From an uncultured Acidobacteriota bacterium (GTDB lineage Bacteria; Acidobacteriota; Vicinamibacteria; Vicinamibacterales; 2-12-FULL-66-21): a DNA stretch of 64,000 nt. Shown here in pieces: positions 62,855 through 64,000 of the stretch. Every line of letters begins with the position of its first letter. Position 1 is the first letter of the stretch. A program made the position numbers and the translations under genes. Under the pieces are notes generated by a model. It saw nothing but the letters and a program-made list of their open reading frames with translations. It did no database searches and was not told where the DNA came from. The stretch spans positions 545,469 to 609,468 of the forward strand of contig CAVYZR010000008.1 in assembly GCA_963773005.1 (NCBI GenBank). The letters are read 5' to 3'.

Positions 62855-64000
62855 ATGGTTTCGTTCCTGAAAACGCGCCTCGGCGCGATGATGTTCCTGC
62901 AGTACGTGATCTGGGGCGCGTGGTATGTCACCCTCAACACGTATCTCACCAGCACCCTGAAGTTCTCGGGCACGGAGGCCGGCGCGGTCTTTGGCACCAC
63001 GGCGCTCGCCTCCCTGGTCGCGCCGTTCCTGGTCGGGTTGATTGCCGATCGGTTCTTCGCCACCGAACGCGTGCTCGCGGCGCTCTATGCGCTCGGCGCG
63101 CTGTTTCTTCTCCTGGCGACGCAGGTCACCAGCTTCGGCGCCGTCTATCTCGTCTTGCTGGCGTTCTGCCTGTGTTACTTCCCGACCATCGCGTTGACCA
63201 ACTCGATCACGATGCAGCAAGTCGCGGATCCGGGTCGCGAGTTTCCGAAAATCCGCATGCTCGGAACGATCGGCTGGATTGTCATCGGCTTTGTGGTTGG
63301 TTACCTCCGCGTGGAAGCCGGCACGATGCCGTTCCTTTTGGGAGCGGGCGCAAGCGTCGTGATGTGCGTCTACAGCCTGGTCGCGCTTCCGCACACTCCG
63401 CCGCGGGCGTCCGGGCAGAAGGCGACCCTGAGGAGCGTGCTCGGCCTCGACGCGCTGGCGATGCTGAAGGATCCGACGTATCTCGTGTTCGTCATTGCGT
63501 CGGTGCTGGCGTGCATTCCGTTGACGTTCTACTACTCGTTCACCAACGCCTACCTCAACGAAGTTGGCTTCAGTAACGCGGCCGGAAAGATGACCCTCGG
63601 CCAGGTGTCCGAGATCGGCATGATGCTGCTGATGCCGCTCGTGTTTCGCGTCGCCACGGTGCGATGGATCCTGCTCGTCGGCTTGCTGTCCTGGGCCGTG
63701 CGCTACGTGCTGCTGGCCTACGGCGACCCGGGCCCCGGTGTCTGGATGTTCTATCTGGCGATCATCATGCACGGCGTCTGTTTCGATTTCTTCTTCGTCA
63801 CCGGCCAGCTCTACACCGATCAGCAGGCGCCACCGCACCTCCGCAGCACCGCGCAGGGCTTCATAACCGCGATGACCTACGGCGTCGGCATGCTCGTCGG
63901 CTCACTCCTCTCGGGTGGTGTGCTGGACTACTTCTCGAAGACGGCCGCTGACGGTACGATCACGCGCGACTGGACGGCTTTCTGGCTGACGTCCGCGTCG
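62855..64000 (+). CDS. nucleoside:H+ symporter-family MFS permease (NupG/XapB-like), 3'-partial
   Basis: Not in the supplied ORF track because it runs off the window. Own translation from ATG 62855: MVSFLKTRLGAMMFLQYVIWGAWYVTLNTYLTSTLKFSG...FPKIRMLGTIGWIV..., continuous to 64000 with about 11 TM-like segments. Confidence 0.7.
   Translation, partial: MVSFLKTRLGAMMFLQYVIWGAWYVTLNTYLTSTLKFSGTEAGAVFGTTALASLVAPFLVGLIADRFFATERVLAALYALGALFLLLATQVTSFGAVYLVLLAFCLCYFPTIALTNSITMQQVADPGREFPKIRMLGTIGWIVIGFVVGYLRVEAGTMPFLLGAGASVVMCVYSLVALPHTPPRASGQKATLRSVLGLDALAMLKDPTYLVFVIASVLACIPLTFYYSFTNAYLNEVGFSNAAGKMTLGQVSEIGMMLLMPLVFRVATVRWILLVGLLSWAVRYVLLAYGDPGPGVWMFYLAIIMHGVCFDFFFVTGQLYTDQQAPPHLRSTAQGFITAMTYGVGMLVGSLLSGGVLDYFSKTAADGTITRDWTAFWLTSAS

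Noticed and set aside
62843-63838. 331-aa - strand ORF
   Set aside because: It is the antisense shadow of the nucleoside permease gene read on the + strand.

Overview
GC-rich chromosomal segment whose gene families suggest a soil Acidobacteriota-type genome; this taxon call is inference only. The families are two ~950-1100 aa TonB-dependent receptors with carboxypeptidase-regulatory-like N-termini, a PadR plus MacB/FtsX 'ADOP'-type permease pair, a DUF1552/DUF1592-type pair and TAT-signal Gfo/Idh/MocA oxidoreductases. I support about 50 protein genes and found no rRNA, tRNA or CRISPR array. The genes cover nutrient uptake, signalling (a PAS-PP2C-kinase with a STAS partner, two Hanks kinases, an OmpR/HK pair, an RR-HD-GYP), envelope stress (DegP), glycogen phosphorylase with an N-terminal GAF domain, a sugar-salvage trio, adk, an RRM RNA-binding protein and a cold-shock protein. 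The most interesting item is a ~1.29 kb IS110-family element (31338-32632) inserted into a REP-like hairpin. Its ~290-nt 5' non-coding arm is strongly structured and contains segments matching its own junctions, making it a candidate bridge/guide RNA. Second is a ~385-bp AT-rich intergenic hub (27099-27483) with six tandem 17-bp repeats carrying AAGGATGA (GGA) motifs; these could be a Csr/Rsm-like sponge RNA or an operator array upstream of GAF-glgP. They share an 11-mer with a palindromic site upstream of a TonB receptor. The window is also dense in unusual intergenic structures. These include very long hairpins (166, 128 and 213 nt) that abut or overlap stop codons, heptamer-built CTGAACC hairpins, and a CACGGA 9-mer tandem family that mostly abuts stop codons. 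Three genes need a 1-nt frame correction (either pseudogenes or assembly errors), and one locus looks like a deletion scar. One real gene, a nucleoside permease at 62855 that runs off the window, is absent from the supplied ORF track.
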